A stretch of DNA of 64,000 nt from assembly GCF_963676685.1 (NCBI RefSeq), contig NC_092346.1, forward strand, positions 66,588,001 to 66,652,000. Direction: 5' to 3'. Below the pieces are notes generated by a model, which saw only the letters and a program-made list of their open reading frames with translations, was not told where the DNA came from and did not search any database. The position numbers and the translations under genes were made by a program. Source of the DNA: Mytilus edulis. Lineage: Eukaryota. Below are positions 35,748 to 57,109 of the stretch, one piece after another. Position 1 is the first letter of the stretch. The number at the start of each line of letters is the position of its first letter.

Positions 35748-36221
35748 GTTGTAACGTATGAAAATGTGGTGTGACAAGTAAGAGGATGATCAACTTGTAT
35801 ACTTTTCCGTCGGTTTATCTATTTCGACTATTTTACAAGAGGCGCCAAGGGGATAAAATGACAATATGCCCGGAAGCAGCTAATACAAAATTAACAATTG
35901 TTTTCCGTTTACACCTAGAGGTAAACATTATCTCTTAAACTAACCATAATTTGCGCTATTGTTCTTTACAATCAGACCCTTTTGCATAATTTCAACAAGC
36001 ATTTTTACCTGTATTATATATGGAAATATTTGTTTAATAGTGTGTATCAGTTCATTGACTGCGGGCCACCTACATGTGTCGAGTCAGTTTTACCTTTTGT
36101 AAACTTGTTTTCAAACATATCATAGGATTGGATTCATGTCAAGGGGCAATAGTCATTTATTTAAAGAAAAAGTAAATAGTTTGTTCACTTTAAAAATTTT
36201 AAGACGGGTGATTTAATTTTG

Positions 36222-36277
36222 CCGCAATGCGACAAACAATAATCCCACATATCCGCAATGCGACAAATCACTATGGT
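36222..36277. promoter_or_regulatory. Conserved upstream motif of gene C (CCGCAATGCGACA x2)
   Basis: 36253-36277 matches 47752-47776 (upstream of gene D) at 23/25 positions. Confidence 0.5.
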
Positions 36278-37115
36278 ATAAATATATATATTTAGAAGTT
36301 TTTACTTTCTGTTCAATCTACCGTGATATTTTTATATGATTTGATTGACATATGAAAAAAAGGCACCCAAGGGACACCTGAAAAAAAGGAGATTTACATT
36401 CGAATTATAAATTAACCAGGATTATTTATCACCTGTTGAGAACAGTGCGATAATAGTTGAACAAGAATTAACCAGATTTGTATACTTTGACTGTTAAATA
36501 TAAATAAGTAAACGATACAGTTTACGAAACAGCGGGAAACGAAGAAGTTTGGAACACAATCCTAATGGGATTTTTTTTCTCAAAACACGAGAATCTATTG
36601 TAGATGAGAAATACGTTTCCAGTGATATATAATTATATAAAAATAAAAGAAATATTTCTATGCATACCTTTTATTGTCATGCCGAACCTTTTATGGCTTA
36701 CTTTTAGACAAAGTATGGATGGTGGGTTCACATTTCTGTATACTTTCAAATTTTTTTAACCAATTTTCAGTAAAAGGGTTTTTTTGCCCATTTCTCAGAA
36801 TTCGCTTTTTTTCGCCATTATTCTCTATTTGAATGTTCAACAGCCCATTCAACATTATGTGTATTTGGCATTGCGCTAGCTTTCAGTAGATGCTAGTACT
36901 CTAATTGTCTATTGTTCTTTTTGTGCCTCATACCGATCTGTTTTGTTATTAAGCTAATTGTGCCTCATACCGATCTTTTGTGTTATTAAGCTTATTTTGT
37001 GCCCAAGCAAAATTTTAATGAGTATTAATGTTTAGTTGCTTTAACTATTGATCATTAATTGTATAAAGTTTTATACTGTTAGTGTCTCATAAGTCAGTAT
37101 TTATGGCTGGATATT

Positions 37116-37278
37116 CAGGCGCGGATCCAGAGGGGGGGGGGGGGGGGGTTCCGGGGGTTGGAACCCCCCCTTTTTTTGGACGATCAATGCATTTGAATGG
37201 GGACATATAATTGGACCCCCCCCCCCTTTGTCCTGGGTTAGGAACCCCCCTTTTTTTAAATGGCTGGATCCGCCCCTG
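37116..37278. mobile_element. MITE with CAG..GCGGATCCAG TIRs and 5-bp TSD
   Basis: TSD ATATT; G/C-run-rich interior. Confidence 0.85.
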
Positions 37279-37459
37279 ATATTGATTGTTTTATGTGTAA
37301 ATATTATAATTGTTGTATATGTTTTATGGCAATCAATATGTGACACTTTAATAAACAAAATGTATTATCTTATTGCAACTTATGGTTACAGTTTGTTCTT
37401 ATTTTGTACTGCTACACCACTGTCACAGATTAGGTAAGGGTTGAGCGCTCACCACAGGC

Positions 37460-37603
37460 ACTTTGTCTCAGAAAAATTTTCCTATATACCTTAATAAGGT
37501 ATATAGAAAAAAAAATACTGAGGCTGCTTAATAAGGTATATAGGAAAAAAAATTCTGAGACAAGTGCCTAAGGTATATAGGAAAAAAATTTCTGAGACAA
37601 GTA
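37460..37603. repeat. Foldback with a triplicated arm
   Basis: ttgtctcagaaaaattttcctatatacctta followed by three inverse copies taaggtatatag(g)aaaaaa...ctgag. Confidence 0.7.
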
Positions 37604-39727
37604 CTTGTGTCGCTCACCCACCATGGCGTATATGCCTGTCCCGAGTTTGTAGTCTGTTGGTCGTTGTTTGTCGTTGCTTCGTGTCTGTAATAATTGTTTT
37701 AGAATGCATTAGACCGTTAGTTTTCTCATTTCAACTATTTTACTTTTTTATATTAAGGCCTTTTATCTTCGGCTGTACTGTTTTCTCATTGTCAAAGACC
37801 GTGAATTTGCCTATATTTGCTTTAATTCAACTATATAATAATGTATAAGAATATATCACCGATTTATTTCTGTCCCTATCCAATATACCCTCATTTTCCA
37901 GTGGCAGTTCAAATTTCCCTGACCATCATCCTAGATGGCCTCCATTACAACAACCTACCTATTGTATTTATTGTGAACTTGTTTTCGTCCTGAATATGCA
38001 TGAAATATTTGCCACTGGACGTTAAGCAACCAACAATCAATCAACCGATTTATTCTTTCCGAGGCTTAAAACTCTCCAATTTTGTTCATACGTGGTATCT
38101 TGATTATTCATACTAGGATAAATGGTTCGGGAAAAAAGTTGAATAAACATGGATATTATTTTTTTACCTTTGAGGGGTGGTTATGAAATGGATACCAAGA
38201 GTTACTTCCCGTTCACCACTGATTGAACTTGTCTACTGATTAATGCAAAATATTCACTAGGCATAAAGTTGTAAATGAGTTATTTAATTTCTTCCTTATA
38301 AATACTGACGTTTTAAACTGGTTCTGACCCATTGTATTGGATGGAAAATAACAACTTAATACCTTTATTTTGGAACCGAAGAGTCCACTTTTGACTTTAA
38401 ATATTGTATAGTCCCTGGTTGGAAAATATTTTTGTTTTCTCATCCTACCATTACAATTTCTTATTCTCAATTGTATACTCATTTAGCCTTGCTAGCAGAT
38501 ACATATAGCATAGAAATAAACTATTAAAGGGATATTTATCATGAACGAAGGATCCCCCCTCTTGTATACGCTCTATAGGGGTAAATTCAGTAAAAAATCT
38601 CCCATTGACTTTAATGCTAATCTATGTGTGGAAATAAATTTATACCTGATTTACCTTTAGAAATTAAAAACTTTCATATATCATTCATGAAAGTACAAAT
38701 GTAGCCTTATCTTTTGCAACAATAAAAACATAGGGTCATGCGGCATTTTTGGGCATTCACATGGCCTTGTTTACAAACAATGTAGATTCGCACTGAATTC
38801 CTATGCTGACCCCCATTACTTTTCAACCCTGTAGGGGAAAAATTAGTACATTCGGCATTTATTTTTTATTTTTTTTCAACTCTAGTTTTGATCCATCTAA
38901 CAAAAAATATTAATTACAAACATTATCTACCAATCAGAAGAGCACATGACTTCACTTTTAGACAGTCCTGATGACGTATATTTATTTACTGAATTTACCC
39001 CTATAATACTCATGATGTACAGATAATTTTTACTACTTAGTCTAGTATATTTAAAATTAGAAGAGTTGTCCTTCTTACATTGAGTATATTTTTTAATAAA
39101 CTGTAAAAGGCGGCCAAAAGAAATAGCACCAGAAGAAAAAGTGTCTAGATGGGAATTCACTTCTAAAAATAATGTTGTTAAAAAAAAGCTGTAATGTACC
39201 CCCTTTTCCCGTCCGTTCACACTTTCAGTCTCATTGCCCATTTGGAGTATGCCTGGTTCCATAAACACAGATTTTGGTAGCAAGAAGTAATTACTTTTAA
39301 TTAGTATGCTACACTTACATTTCTTATAAGCCAAATAGATACATTGTGTTTGAACAAAGACAGGCCAAGAACAATAATATTAAACAGCACTAAACAATAA
39401 TGTGCTCATACGGATGCCCCACCCACACAGTCATTTTATTCTTCAGTGGGGCCTAAACTCTTACGCGACATTAAAATTAAAAAGCTCAGATCATAGGGAA
39501 CATATGTACTAAGTTTCAAGTTGATTGGATTTCAACTTCATAGAAAACTACCTTAACCAAAAACTTGAAGCGGGACGGACGCACAGACCGAAAAAAATAA
39601 TGCCTCTAAGTGTCGATTAAAAAACGTAATAGAACACAAAGATAGCAATAAAGATATACCAGTTCAGTACTGTTTAGAGAATCAATACAATTTTTTGAAA
39701 TACAGCGATAATACAAACGACAAGTAA

Positions 39728-39877
39728 CAGAGGCGGATTTAGAGGGGACCAGCCCCCCCCTTTTTCTGGGAAAAAAATGGTTGATTATATAGGGATTCAT
39801 TGAAGCATGACGGGAGTGGGGCCCCTCTAAGGCAGTTAGTGGGCCCCCATTTATGAAAAATTCTAAATCCGCCACTG
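39728..39877. mobile_element. MITE with CAG.GGCGGATTTAG TIRs and 5-bp TSD
   Basis: TSD AGTAA; related copy at 47333-47477. Confidence 0.85.
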
Positions 39878-40356
39878 AGTAAAACAACAAAACGGCATTT
39901 AGTAAAAGGGACGATAATTTGAAATATGCAATTATACTTTGATATTAAAAGGAGATACCTAAAGTATATTTGTGATAGCTCTGATTCGCTTGTTCACAAT
40001 TTGTGCGAAACAACAAAGAACGTCAGTGATTGAGGGATTTTCATGCCTTTCATTTCTGTAGTTTTCATTTTTGAACTCAATCATTCCCCATTCTGTAATT
40101 TATACGCCTTTTTGTTTATTCTTTTTTCCTTTAATCTCACAATGGGTGCCCAATAATCAAAGACATAATAAAACATAAATTGTAATACATAATTTATTAC
40201 ATGTAACAATAACATTCAACAGATGAAGCGACAAGTAGTACACAGAAATGGTCGTTCTTCGTTCGTTGTCCTTTTAGCAATGATAATGTGTATTTATAAT
40301 GTAGAAAAAGTCGCTTACGCATTCATCAAACATATATAAATTGAGCAATGGACGGG

Positions 40357-47021
<6,665 letters not shown>

Positions 47022-47132
47022 GTTGTTTACCTGGATGTCTTTCAGTCCGATAATTGGTGATGGTTTAAGGCTTCCTTGTGCGAAAGTTGTGGCCTCACAG
47101 GGTATTTCAATTGAAGAAAGATAAATATTATC

Positions 47133-47171
47133 TTATATAATATAAATACGGTAAACGATAATATTGATATT
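47133..47171 (-). promoter_or_regulatory. Putative TATA promoter of gene D
   Basis: TATATAA ~115 nt upstream of the ATG, plus an ATATTGATATT block shared with the gene A upstream region. Confidence 0.45.
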
Positions 47172-47332
47172 TATTTGTTTGGTCAATGCTTTTAAACATT
47201 TCTACACTTAGTTTTATTGTTGTTATCTTTACTTTGTGATAATTGACCAATAAGTTTGGTCAATAGAAATAAAAGTCGATTCAAAAATTTCATTCGTGTA
47301 CAGTGAAATGAATACAACTGCTCCAACATAAA

Positions 47333-47477
47333 CAGAGGCGGATTTAGGGAGGGGGGGGGGGGGCTTTCTGAGAAAAGTTTGGTTGATTATATAGGGAATC
47401 ACTGAAGCTTGACCGAAGCGGGACCCCTCTTAGGCCAGTCAGTTGGCCCACTTATGAATGTTCTGGATCCGCCACTG
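47333..47477. mobile_element. MITE with 5-bp TSD upstream of gene D
   Basis: TSD ATAAA; same family as 39728-39877. Confidence 0.85.
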
Positions 47478-49983
47478 ATAAAGACCTATACTCTGAGGAC
47501 CTATACCTATATATATCTACATGTAGTTATCATTGAGACTCAACAGGAAAATTCTGTGTTGATTTGTATAAATAAAAAAACAAAAGCATTGATAGTAAAA
47601 TATGAATAAGATTCCTTGAAGACATTGAACAAACTTTTTATACGAAAATAAATTATAGAAAAGAATACAAAAACTGGAGTTTTCATTTCCCCCAATTCAC
47701 GGGCCTCTTTTTTCTAAATATCACATACAGTTCTTATAAAATGATGTCATCCCGCAATGCGACATATCTCTATGGTGTTACGGCGTTGTTTACTATGGGC
47801 TAATATTTCTTTGTTGACTTATCAAGACGTATATATCATGTACAAACTGATTTCTTCGTTTTTGTTTTTAAATATTAAATGCTTTTGACGGAAATTTACA
47901 TTATTTTTGCACAAAATCGATAATTATTTAAAAGATATTGAATGACATCCTCGATATCAAATTTTAATGGTTTAAAATATAAAACAGCATATTTTTGTTT
48001 TGTTTTGTATTGGTGTAATTTCTTTATCACAGAACTTTTTGTCTGTTGTTTTCTCACGCAGGACTTCATTTCGATCTAAAAAGAGACATATTATGTTCAG
48101 ATTTGAAAAGCATAGGGTCAATTTAAATCATAATCCGTTTAACATAACGTAGTCTCGAGTTTGATTTAGATGTTTTGAATACATTAATTGTGTTATTCTT
48201 TCGTCTTTATATTTCTTCATTTAACGTGGTACATTGCATTTCTATTATCACAACGATTTTAAATCTGGAGTAGTATTTTATAGGGAAAATGGAAGTAGTT
48301 TTCCCTCCGAGAATACTAACAATTTCTAAATTTATGTGAGATAATACTTTCTTAATCTGTTTTATTGAAGTCAAAGACCATGGCCATTTCTAAACGGCGC
48401 TTAATTGTTTATAGGATATTCATAGCCACCGTCATTTTACATCAAATTTACGAAAATTATAAAGCCCTTTCTAATAATTCTCAAGAAAATGTTTTCCTGT
48501 ATTTAAAAGTTTCACTCACTGCAATTATTTTTAATCAATTTTAAAGAAAACTATTTATTATAAATTAAGTACCATGGCTTACATCCAATCACAGCGCTTC
48601 AAAGTTGACTTCCTTCACCTGCTTACATAAAAGGCTGAAACCAGGAAAATTGTAATGCTACTTTTTTCTTCAGACGTGCCACACGTATACAAAATATTTT
48701 TTAACTGGCCCAATCTGGAATCCATGCCTATCTCTGCTTTATAAGTGAACAAAACTTCAAATAGTCGACAGTTCCTTGTTACAATATTACGATAATACCA
48801 ATTTCAGTTTAATCTGTATGGACATCAAGTATGCTGCAGAAATAAAGTTTTTTGTTTTTCAAAGATTTATGAAATAAATTGGGAGAAGATTTCTACCTAC
48901 TGGACAATCAAAAACAACAAGGAGTTTTGAAACAGACGACACCATGACCAAAAAGGAGAAACTTAAATGCAAAAAAGTTCACAAGACACACACCACAAAG
49001 AACAACAAAAACATTGACCAGCGGCATATGCCTCATTAAAAAACCCAGCATGAACCTCAGTAAAAAAGCATCTCCTGCTCCACTATAGGTTTTATACTCC
49101 TAATTTGATACGTTAATCATCTATATCAAGTTATATAATGTATACAATCTTTACATCCATCCTGTAAAACTATAGCAGATTGGAAAGCATTTTTTGTTTT
49201 AACCTAAGACATCACTTGTTTCTTGAAACAAAACAATTGACCAAAGTAAATTCTCTAGCAATGAACTTGACAGTAGGAAAAATAAGGGAAAATACACGAT
49301 TGTCAGCACTGTGTCGATGCCGCTGCTGGTTACCTTGTCACTGAGGGTATTATTAACCCACCAGATTGGTTGCTTCGCTTCTTACATAATTTATAACATA
49401 CGCTCAGATTTAGAAACTATAAAAGAAAGGTTCACTTAGATGAATCCTACCGGTGATGTCAAAAAGAAGTGGATTCTTCAAAAAGATATAAGTTTGTACA
49501 AACGTATTCAGTCGACAAAATAAGGGATGGGGTAGTGTAGGCGCCTTCAAACATGTTTAATACAGCCTCATGTTGACCATGTCTCAAATCTAGAGCATGT
49601 AGTTCAGTGGTTGTCGTTTGTTCATGTCTTCAATATTTTTTGTTCGTAAATTATTTTATTATAAATAAGTTGCCCAAGGATACTATTGCAAGCCCTTATT
49701 TGCTGACCTGTATTTATATGCCGCAGAATTTTTAGCATTTATATAAACAAGAGTTCACACGCTGTAATGTCTCGCCTTCTTCACTAATCATTGATATTAT
49801 GTTGATGGTCCTAAATATGAAGCTTTACTACAACTAGCACATACACTTAACATGAATTAATCCAAGACAATGAGGTCTAGGTCATATCAACCAAACAAGA
49901 AATACATGTAAACCTTACAATCATTCAATATACTAAATATAGTTGACCTATAATTGCTTATAGTTTCTAAGAAACAGACTTAA

Positions 49984-50545
49984 GGGGGCTCCTGGGTATA
50001 AATCAATTTTTTTTTCTAATATAGGATTTCGTTATATTTTTTTTATAAAGGAACTTTATCCTATACTTAATAGAAAAATAAAAAAAAAATGGAGTCACTG
50101 TTCATTTAACTCGCAATCATCCTCCGAAAGAAGCATACATTTTTGTTAATGTCCTTTTTTTCTGTTGAACTAATAGGCGAAATTGAGGTAAATTATATCG
50201 AAAAAAAATAACCTAATTACGGAAATCGCTTTAATGTTACAATTATTCAGTTTATGTATAGCTTATTTGAAAATAATAATAAAAAATATAGGTCACCGAT
50301 GAGTTGAAAAAGATATTAAAAATTTGATGCAAAAAATGGCATTTTTGCACCAAAGGGAGATAATTTGGAGCTTTTTCAATGATATTAACATTTTAAAAGT
50401 CTTTTGGGGCCGAACTGAATCGATTTTTTTGGTTGATTTTTGTACCAAATCATAAAGTAATAACTAATAGTGTAATAAATAAGATTTATAATAAAAAAAA
50501 TAAAGGTTTGATTTTTTCCTGAACTTTTTGTACCCACGAGCCTCC
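49984..50545. mobile_element. Kolobok-like non-autonomous element nested in the previous element
   Basis: TTAA TSD (49980-83 and 50546-49); GG...CC ends; TIRs gggggctcctgggtata / ggaggctcgtgggtaca. Confidence 0.75.
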
Positions 50546-51122
50546 TTAACATTGACCAATGAACAATGAGAATGAGATCAATGTTAGATGAACCATGATA
50601 CCAGGCAGACATGTACAGCTAACAATTCTTCCATACAACAAATATAGTCGACCAATTGCTCATATATATAGTTTAAGAAAAACAGACCAAAACACAAAAA
50701 CTTAACACTAAGTAATGAACCTTGAAAATGATGTCAAAGTCAAATAAAACCTGCGAGACTGAAATGTACATCATAAAATATTTCCATACACCAAATACAT
50801 TTGACCTATTGCATATAGTATTAAAAAAAAGACCAAAACTCAAAAACTTAAAACCATGAAAATGAGGTCAAGGTTAGATGACACATGCCAGCAAGACATG
50901 TACACCTTACATTCATTCCATACACCAATTTTTATATACCTATTACATCCAGTATAAGAAAAACAGACCAAAACACAAAAACTTAACTATAACCACTGAA
51001 CCATGAAAATCAGGTCAAGGCTAGATGAAACCCGCAAGTTGGACATGTACACCTTAAAGTCCTTCCATACACCGTATATATTAGACCTATTGCTTAAAGT
51101 ATCCTAGATATGGACTTAACAA

Positions 51123-51236
51123 CCACCAAAACTAAACCGTGTTCACTGATCCATGAAATGACCACCAAAAACTTTACCGTGTTCACTGATCCATGAAATG
51201 ACCACCAAAACTTTACCGTGTTCACTGATCCATGAA
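51123..51236. repeat. 39-bp tandem repeat x3
   Basis: accaccaaaactttaccgtgttcactgatccatgaaatg. Confidence 0.9.
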
Positions 51237-52288
51237 GGGAGGTGGGGGTCGATTGAAAACTGTTTGACGGTCATGAGGACCTTGCAAGGTACGCGCATAC
51301 CAACTATAATTACCCTATTACTCATAACAAGAGATAAATTAGCATTACAAAAAATTCTTAACTCTTTTTCATGTAGCCACTGAACTATGAATATGAGGTC
51401 AAGGACAATGGACATGTGACAGACAGAAACTTCGTAACATGGTGCATCTATGTATACAGAATGAAACAAACAGGTCTTCCATCTTCTAAAATACAAAGCT
51501 TTTTAATAAGTTAGCTTACGCCGCAGCCGCTGGATCGCTATCCCTATGTTGAGCTTTCTGCGACAAAGGACGCAGGCTCGATAAAAACTTATTCTTATGA
51601 AAATCATTGCCGCCAATAGCAATTAATGGTGATTGCAAAACCCCTTACCACCGATTCACATTTAAGTTTCTCGTCTGGAAAACATGGTGGTATAAGTGAC
51701 ATATAATTTCCGTTGTAGCTCTTTAAAATTCCGATAATCGTCTTTTTGTCAGCATCTACATTTACACTTATGCACATGAATACTGGGTTAATCATGTAAT
51801 GGACATTCTTATACAGCTGACTGATTTGGTATTGATCGGACGAATAAAAAAACTGCTAGATACAATAATTGATCTGACTGGCAACATCATCATCTCAAAT
51901 TTGTTTCAGCAGTACGTTCCATACATATTTTTTTTTAAATTCGGGGGCTTAAAATGGTATTCTAAGAGCGCTATAGTGATGCTCTTATTAAAATCTTACA
52001 GCACATTCTATTTATGTATAATAGATTAACATATTGGCGAAATAGGTCTTACTAATAACCTTGCATTCAACAAGCATACAATTCTTCTCATTTTGACCAA
52101 TGACACCGACCTTAAGATAAACTATGACAGTTGGTGTCCCTTTAATACCTGTAACATATAACTTGCATTTTGACCAACAAAAAAAAGGAAGAGCGAATTA
52201 TACTGATAATAGAAACACCCATCTGAATGCATAGTTCAAAAAGTTGAAATTGTATTGCACAACTTTATTGTTTTCTTATAACTTTTCT

Positions 52289-55200
52289 TCATTTTGAGGC
52301 CATCATATGAACGAATTCTGAAAAGAAAAGAACGATAAAGGTAACTTGAGTAGACTTCCTAAAACATATGATTCATTAACAAACAGTGTAACATTACGTG
52401 TGTGACATTGACTATACTATATAATTATTATATGATTTTTGTGCAAAACACAATTGTTTAAATGTCGTTGATCGAAAATTTCATTTTGTTGTTTTTTTTT
52501 ATGCTGGAATTTGGGTCGGGACCACATCACATCATATCCATTATATTGATTATCAGATATATTGCAGCGAAACTTTTTACCTTTATTTATATTATTAACT
52601 TATCCTTCTTCTACAGAGCTTCTTAAGTGCCAAAAATGAAATTTTAAATATTTGTACGCGCGCGACTTTAAATTTTGTGCGCATAACTTTAAATCATGAG
52701 AACACAACTTTTAAACTTGTGCGCACAAACTTTTAATCTGGTCTTTGAACGATTGCAGATAACATACGATGTTTGTGCTACAGTGAACGATCATACATTG
52801 CATTTGTCTTATAAAGATCATGCTGTTGTTGACAAATAAAACGAAATTCATTGAACTCAAACTGGAAAATCAGTTCTCATTTAGATTGTAGTTACTTCAA
52901 AGTTGCTTTGAAATAAAGAAGAGAAAAGACACCAAGTCTACACATTCATACCACCATTCATGCAAAGAGATTTTCCACTACATGGTTTTTCAACAAAAAA
53001 ACTAATTGATGTAAACCGAATATCTACGATTAGTTGTTTTATAGCAGTATATTTACATACTTAAACAATGACGTATTTTTGTTTTTGTAATTCCAGAAAA
53101 GGCATATGTACCATATCTGGCAACGGACTATTTGTACAGGCAACGGACTATTTGTACAGGCAACGGACTATTTGTACAATGTTATCTGGCAACGGACTAT
53201 TTGTACAGTGTTATCATGCTTCGTGTGATACTTTTTTCTTTATTTTTCTATATCCTCTTATCTTAACTGATAATTTTCCCGAAACTGTTGAAAATCAAGT
53301 TAATTGCTGGACTATTTTACAAAAGGGGCGAAAGATACTAGAGGGACATTCATACTCATATGTTAAAATGAACACACAACGTCATGGCAAAATAATAAAG
53401 AAAAAGACCAATTATAGACAAACAGAAATACCCAAAACACGACTTGGAAGACTAAAGACTGAGCCACGAAAACTATCATGTTATTCTCTTCGTCACTTGA
53501 TACGCGTTTAGAATTAATGATAATTCAACAATACTAAAAAAAATTGGTAAAATATGTCGCGATTTAACTATATAGTAATTAATTATGTGTAGATCTTGAA
53601 TGTGATACATATTGACGTCTCTATATACCTTCATAATGAACCTGACCATCACCGTCTTTATCAGCAGCTCTGATCATTTCGTCGATTTCAATCTCACTTA
53701 ATTCTTCTCCCAAATTTGACATTGCTTTTCGGAGTTCATCTGCATCTATAATGTCATCTCCATTTTTGTCAAATGCTTTGAAAGCTTCCCGAAGTTCTTC
53801 ATGGGAATCTGTTTCCTTCACTGTCCTTGCCACAAGAGATAAGAAATCAGGAAAGTCTATAAGTTCTTCTCCTGTTTAAACAAAGAAAAGTGAAGATGAT
53901 CGATATGGAAAAAACACACATTTTATATACAATGAAAAACCAAATGCAAAATCATTACTGTAAGACGGAGAAACAATTTCCATCTGAATACCTGTAGGTT
54001 GTTTATGTTGATGAATATCATGGCGTTCTCTTCTTACTTGTTTCCCCGCGTGTTTATTTCATATAGTTAATACTTCGTTGCGAAAGAAAATATATCCCAT
54101 ATATTCATGTTTGAGTTGTTAAATCATTGTGTCTTTTTTTTAGTTCAAAGCAAGTCTTGGTGTTTTTGTTTTGTTTTTGATTTATCTATAATTAAGATTC
54201 AGTTGAGATATACTTTATGGGTTTTGACTACGTGTGTATACTGATGATAACATTGCTATATGAAGTCTCTTTGGAGGTAACCTCTTCTTACTTTAAAGTG
54301 ACAAAATAATTTTACTTTATCAGGGAGTTGAGTACTTTGTCAATGAGTCCACTTTCCGTAAATGTATTCGAAATAATTTTGTTCATGTTTGTTATGCTTA
54401 TACTTTAGTGTTTTCTATGATATGGCAATCCCAACATTTATCGAGATTAAAAGGGGGTGGATAGACCTAAACACAAATCGTAAGTTACACCGTCAACTAT
54501 ATTGTTATGCTTATATCACGTGAGGAAATTCGTCAGAAGTTGTCTTTATGTCTTTGACCATCTTCTTTTTTAATTTGTTTTGTGCCAAATTAATTTCAAG
54601 ATATACCAGTCACCCAGAAAGAGACACACAACACACACTAATGTTTGTCCATAGATCACACTAGCTCATACTAGACTTAACATGCAAAGAGTTAAATAAA
54701 CATAATTATCTTTGTTCAATAAATGTTCTAGCAAACTTCATATCAGTACATGTATATAATGGTTTTGTTTAGACTTAAATGCTTTAAGACATTAAAATGT
54801 CCGCTGACCAATCCATTTAAAAACTGATTTTTCCCCTTGAACGTTGTTTTGCTTTTGCACCATCAACTACTAGCAAGCTCACATAAAACATAAACATATA
54901 ACGACAGCAGTATACCATTGCTATCAGGATCAGCATAAGCATGTGTCATTTCTTTCAATTCCTGGTTTGTAGGATTCTGTCCTAAAGCCATCATAACTGT
55001 TCCGAGATCTTGAATACTGATAGATCCATCCCCGTCAGTGTCAAAGGCACGGAAAGCTTCATAATATTCTGTAAAATGTACAATTCTGACAATTAGTTTT
55101 TAAAAATTAAAGCATTTAGATATGCTTTTTTTTCTTTTTTCTCTCAGTTTAAATTACAATACTACATTTCAGATATTAAAACATATTAAAACATAAACAG

Positions 55201-56194
55201 ATATAAAAGGTTTTAATATCAAGTTTTTAGTCTACAATTTATACTATTTCAAGAACCCGTTACCGTATGATTGTTCTTCATCGAGGAGTTAAAAATGTAC
55301 TTTTCAATCATTTGCAAAACAAAGAAAAACCAATGCAAAGGATCATACCTGCTATTTGTTCTTCTGTAAGCTGATCAGCCTACAACATTAATTTTTAAAT
55401 GAAAAATGCATCTTCGATAGCCAGCGAAAATAGAAAAAATATTATGCTTTTACATAGAATTATTATACAGACTCAACTATATATAAAAAAAAACAAGGAG
55501 ATGTTTTATGATTGTAATTGCGACAACTGGCCATCACAGTCCACATGACGTGCATGTAAGCAGCAATATAGGACTCCGAAAAGCCCTCAACGACGAGTAA
55601 ACCCGTCATGGCTACCAACCCGTCATGGCTACCTTTTGGTTAATGAACTTCTACAATTTTCAATCACAATATCTGAACCTGTAAAGAAAGATCGCACATT
55701 TATTGAACTTTTGAAAATGCTTTATGGAATCATTTAATGAAAATATTCAAATGTGTTTCAGATATGAGGACTTAAACTTTTACGCTACCGAAATTGTGTC
55801 ATCAATCTGCAGTTTTCAATACATTGATCTTCACAGAATGATTCCTTATATTGTATTTGTACGCCTCCTATTATAGATTTTTCTGAAGATTTTACTCATT
55901 CTATATATCTATGTAATCAAATATAAAATAAAATATGTCGTTTGTCCATATTCTCACTCGCCTTACATATTTGAAACCGTTTTCAAAAACAGACATTCAT
56001 ATGTTTGCTGATGTCCCAAATAACAACACTAAAATAGTCTTTTGACATCCTTTTTTTAGCGTCTTTAAATGATCGAACTTAATTGCCGCAGTAGTCTCGT
56101 GATCGACAATGCCAGATATTGATGCAAAAAGACCCTTAAAACACCTACAAGGAAATATTATAACCAAATAAGTATATAAATTGTGACTTACCAT
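52289..56194 (-). CDS. Divergent calmodulin-like protein (gene E), 152 aa
   Basis: Exons 56192-56194, 55349-55379, 54916-55068 (153 nt), 53629-53871, 52289-52317. [152 protein letters not shown]; AATAAA at 52264-52269. Confidence 0.92.
53119..53207. repeat. 20-bp repeat x4
   Basis: ggcaacggactatttgtaca three times in tandem, plus one spaced copy. Confidence 0.9.
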
Positions 56195-57109
56195 CTTCTA
56201 TATCATTTGAAAAAGTAGTATATAAGATCAAACTGTCTACCGATTTAATTTAACATTGTTCCCCCATTCATATTCATTGACAAGAGTATACATCTACTTA
56301 AAAGACCATTCTAATCTTATCGGTAAACTCGTCCTATTTCACTTGTAAAGATTTTGCTTATATTTGTGCTAAACCCATATACACAGAGATCACACTCTAC
56401 TGATCACTTATTGAAGTTTTATTTTCTCAAATGCACAGTTGTTAAAAGATTTAATAACATATTTACATATAAATGACAAATATAGCATTGAACAATCAAA
56501 CGAAAAGACCGATCGGATTGTTTTGTCGAAATTCTATAAGAAATGTTTGAACATTGAGTGTACACAACAGAAAATTTAATAACATTGGGATCTCGAGTGA
56601 TGTTTTTTTAAATGGCAATCAACATTGGTTTTCTTGAGGTGGTTGATTAAAATCATATATCTTTTTATCTGTTGTTGTCAGATTCAAGCTTAGCAATGAA
56701 ATGTGTAGATTTAAACACATATTTTGAGGATAAAGCAATGGGGCGAACTGTATAAACGTTTCTACGTAATATTCAAGATCATATAAAATAAACCACCATC
56801 CATTTTAAACGTACATGTCTATGTAATAGGTTTTTATCCGAATCGGATGTGAACTTTTACTATTTTTCGTATGTGTATCAGTACGTGTCGGAATATACAG
56901 ATTAGTAATAACTCTTCAGAAATTGTATATGATTTATCAATATATCATGTGCGAATGCAGTTTAAAAAAAAACAAACAACTAAAGATCACACTGTTCATT
57001 CTGACATTGATTGAACAAAATAATGCCATTGTCAAATCAGAGACATATATACGTATATTTTAAATAATGTATCAGAGTTGTCTCGCATGGCCGTAGTCGC
57101 TTTAATAAT

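Larger units (their letters stand above)
49745..51587 (+). mobile_element. Helentron-associated (HINE/pearl-like) element with an internal ~150-bp tandem array
   Basis: Starts aaacaagag and ends in a GC stem-loop (ctgcgacaaaggacgcag) plus A-run; interior units aaatgaggtcaagg...catgtac...ttccatacaccaaat...gacctattgc repeat ~6 times. The classification is inferred from architecture. Confidence 0.6.
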
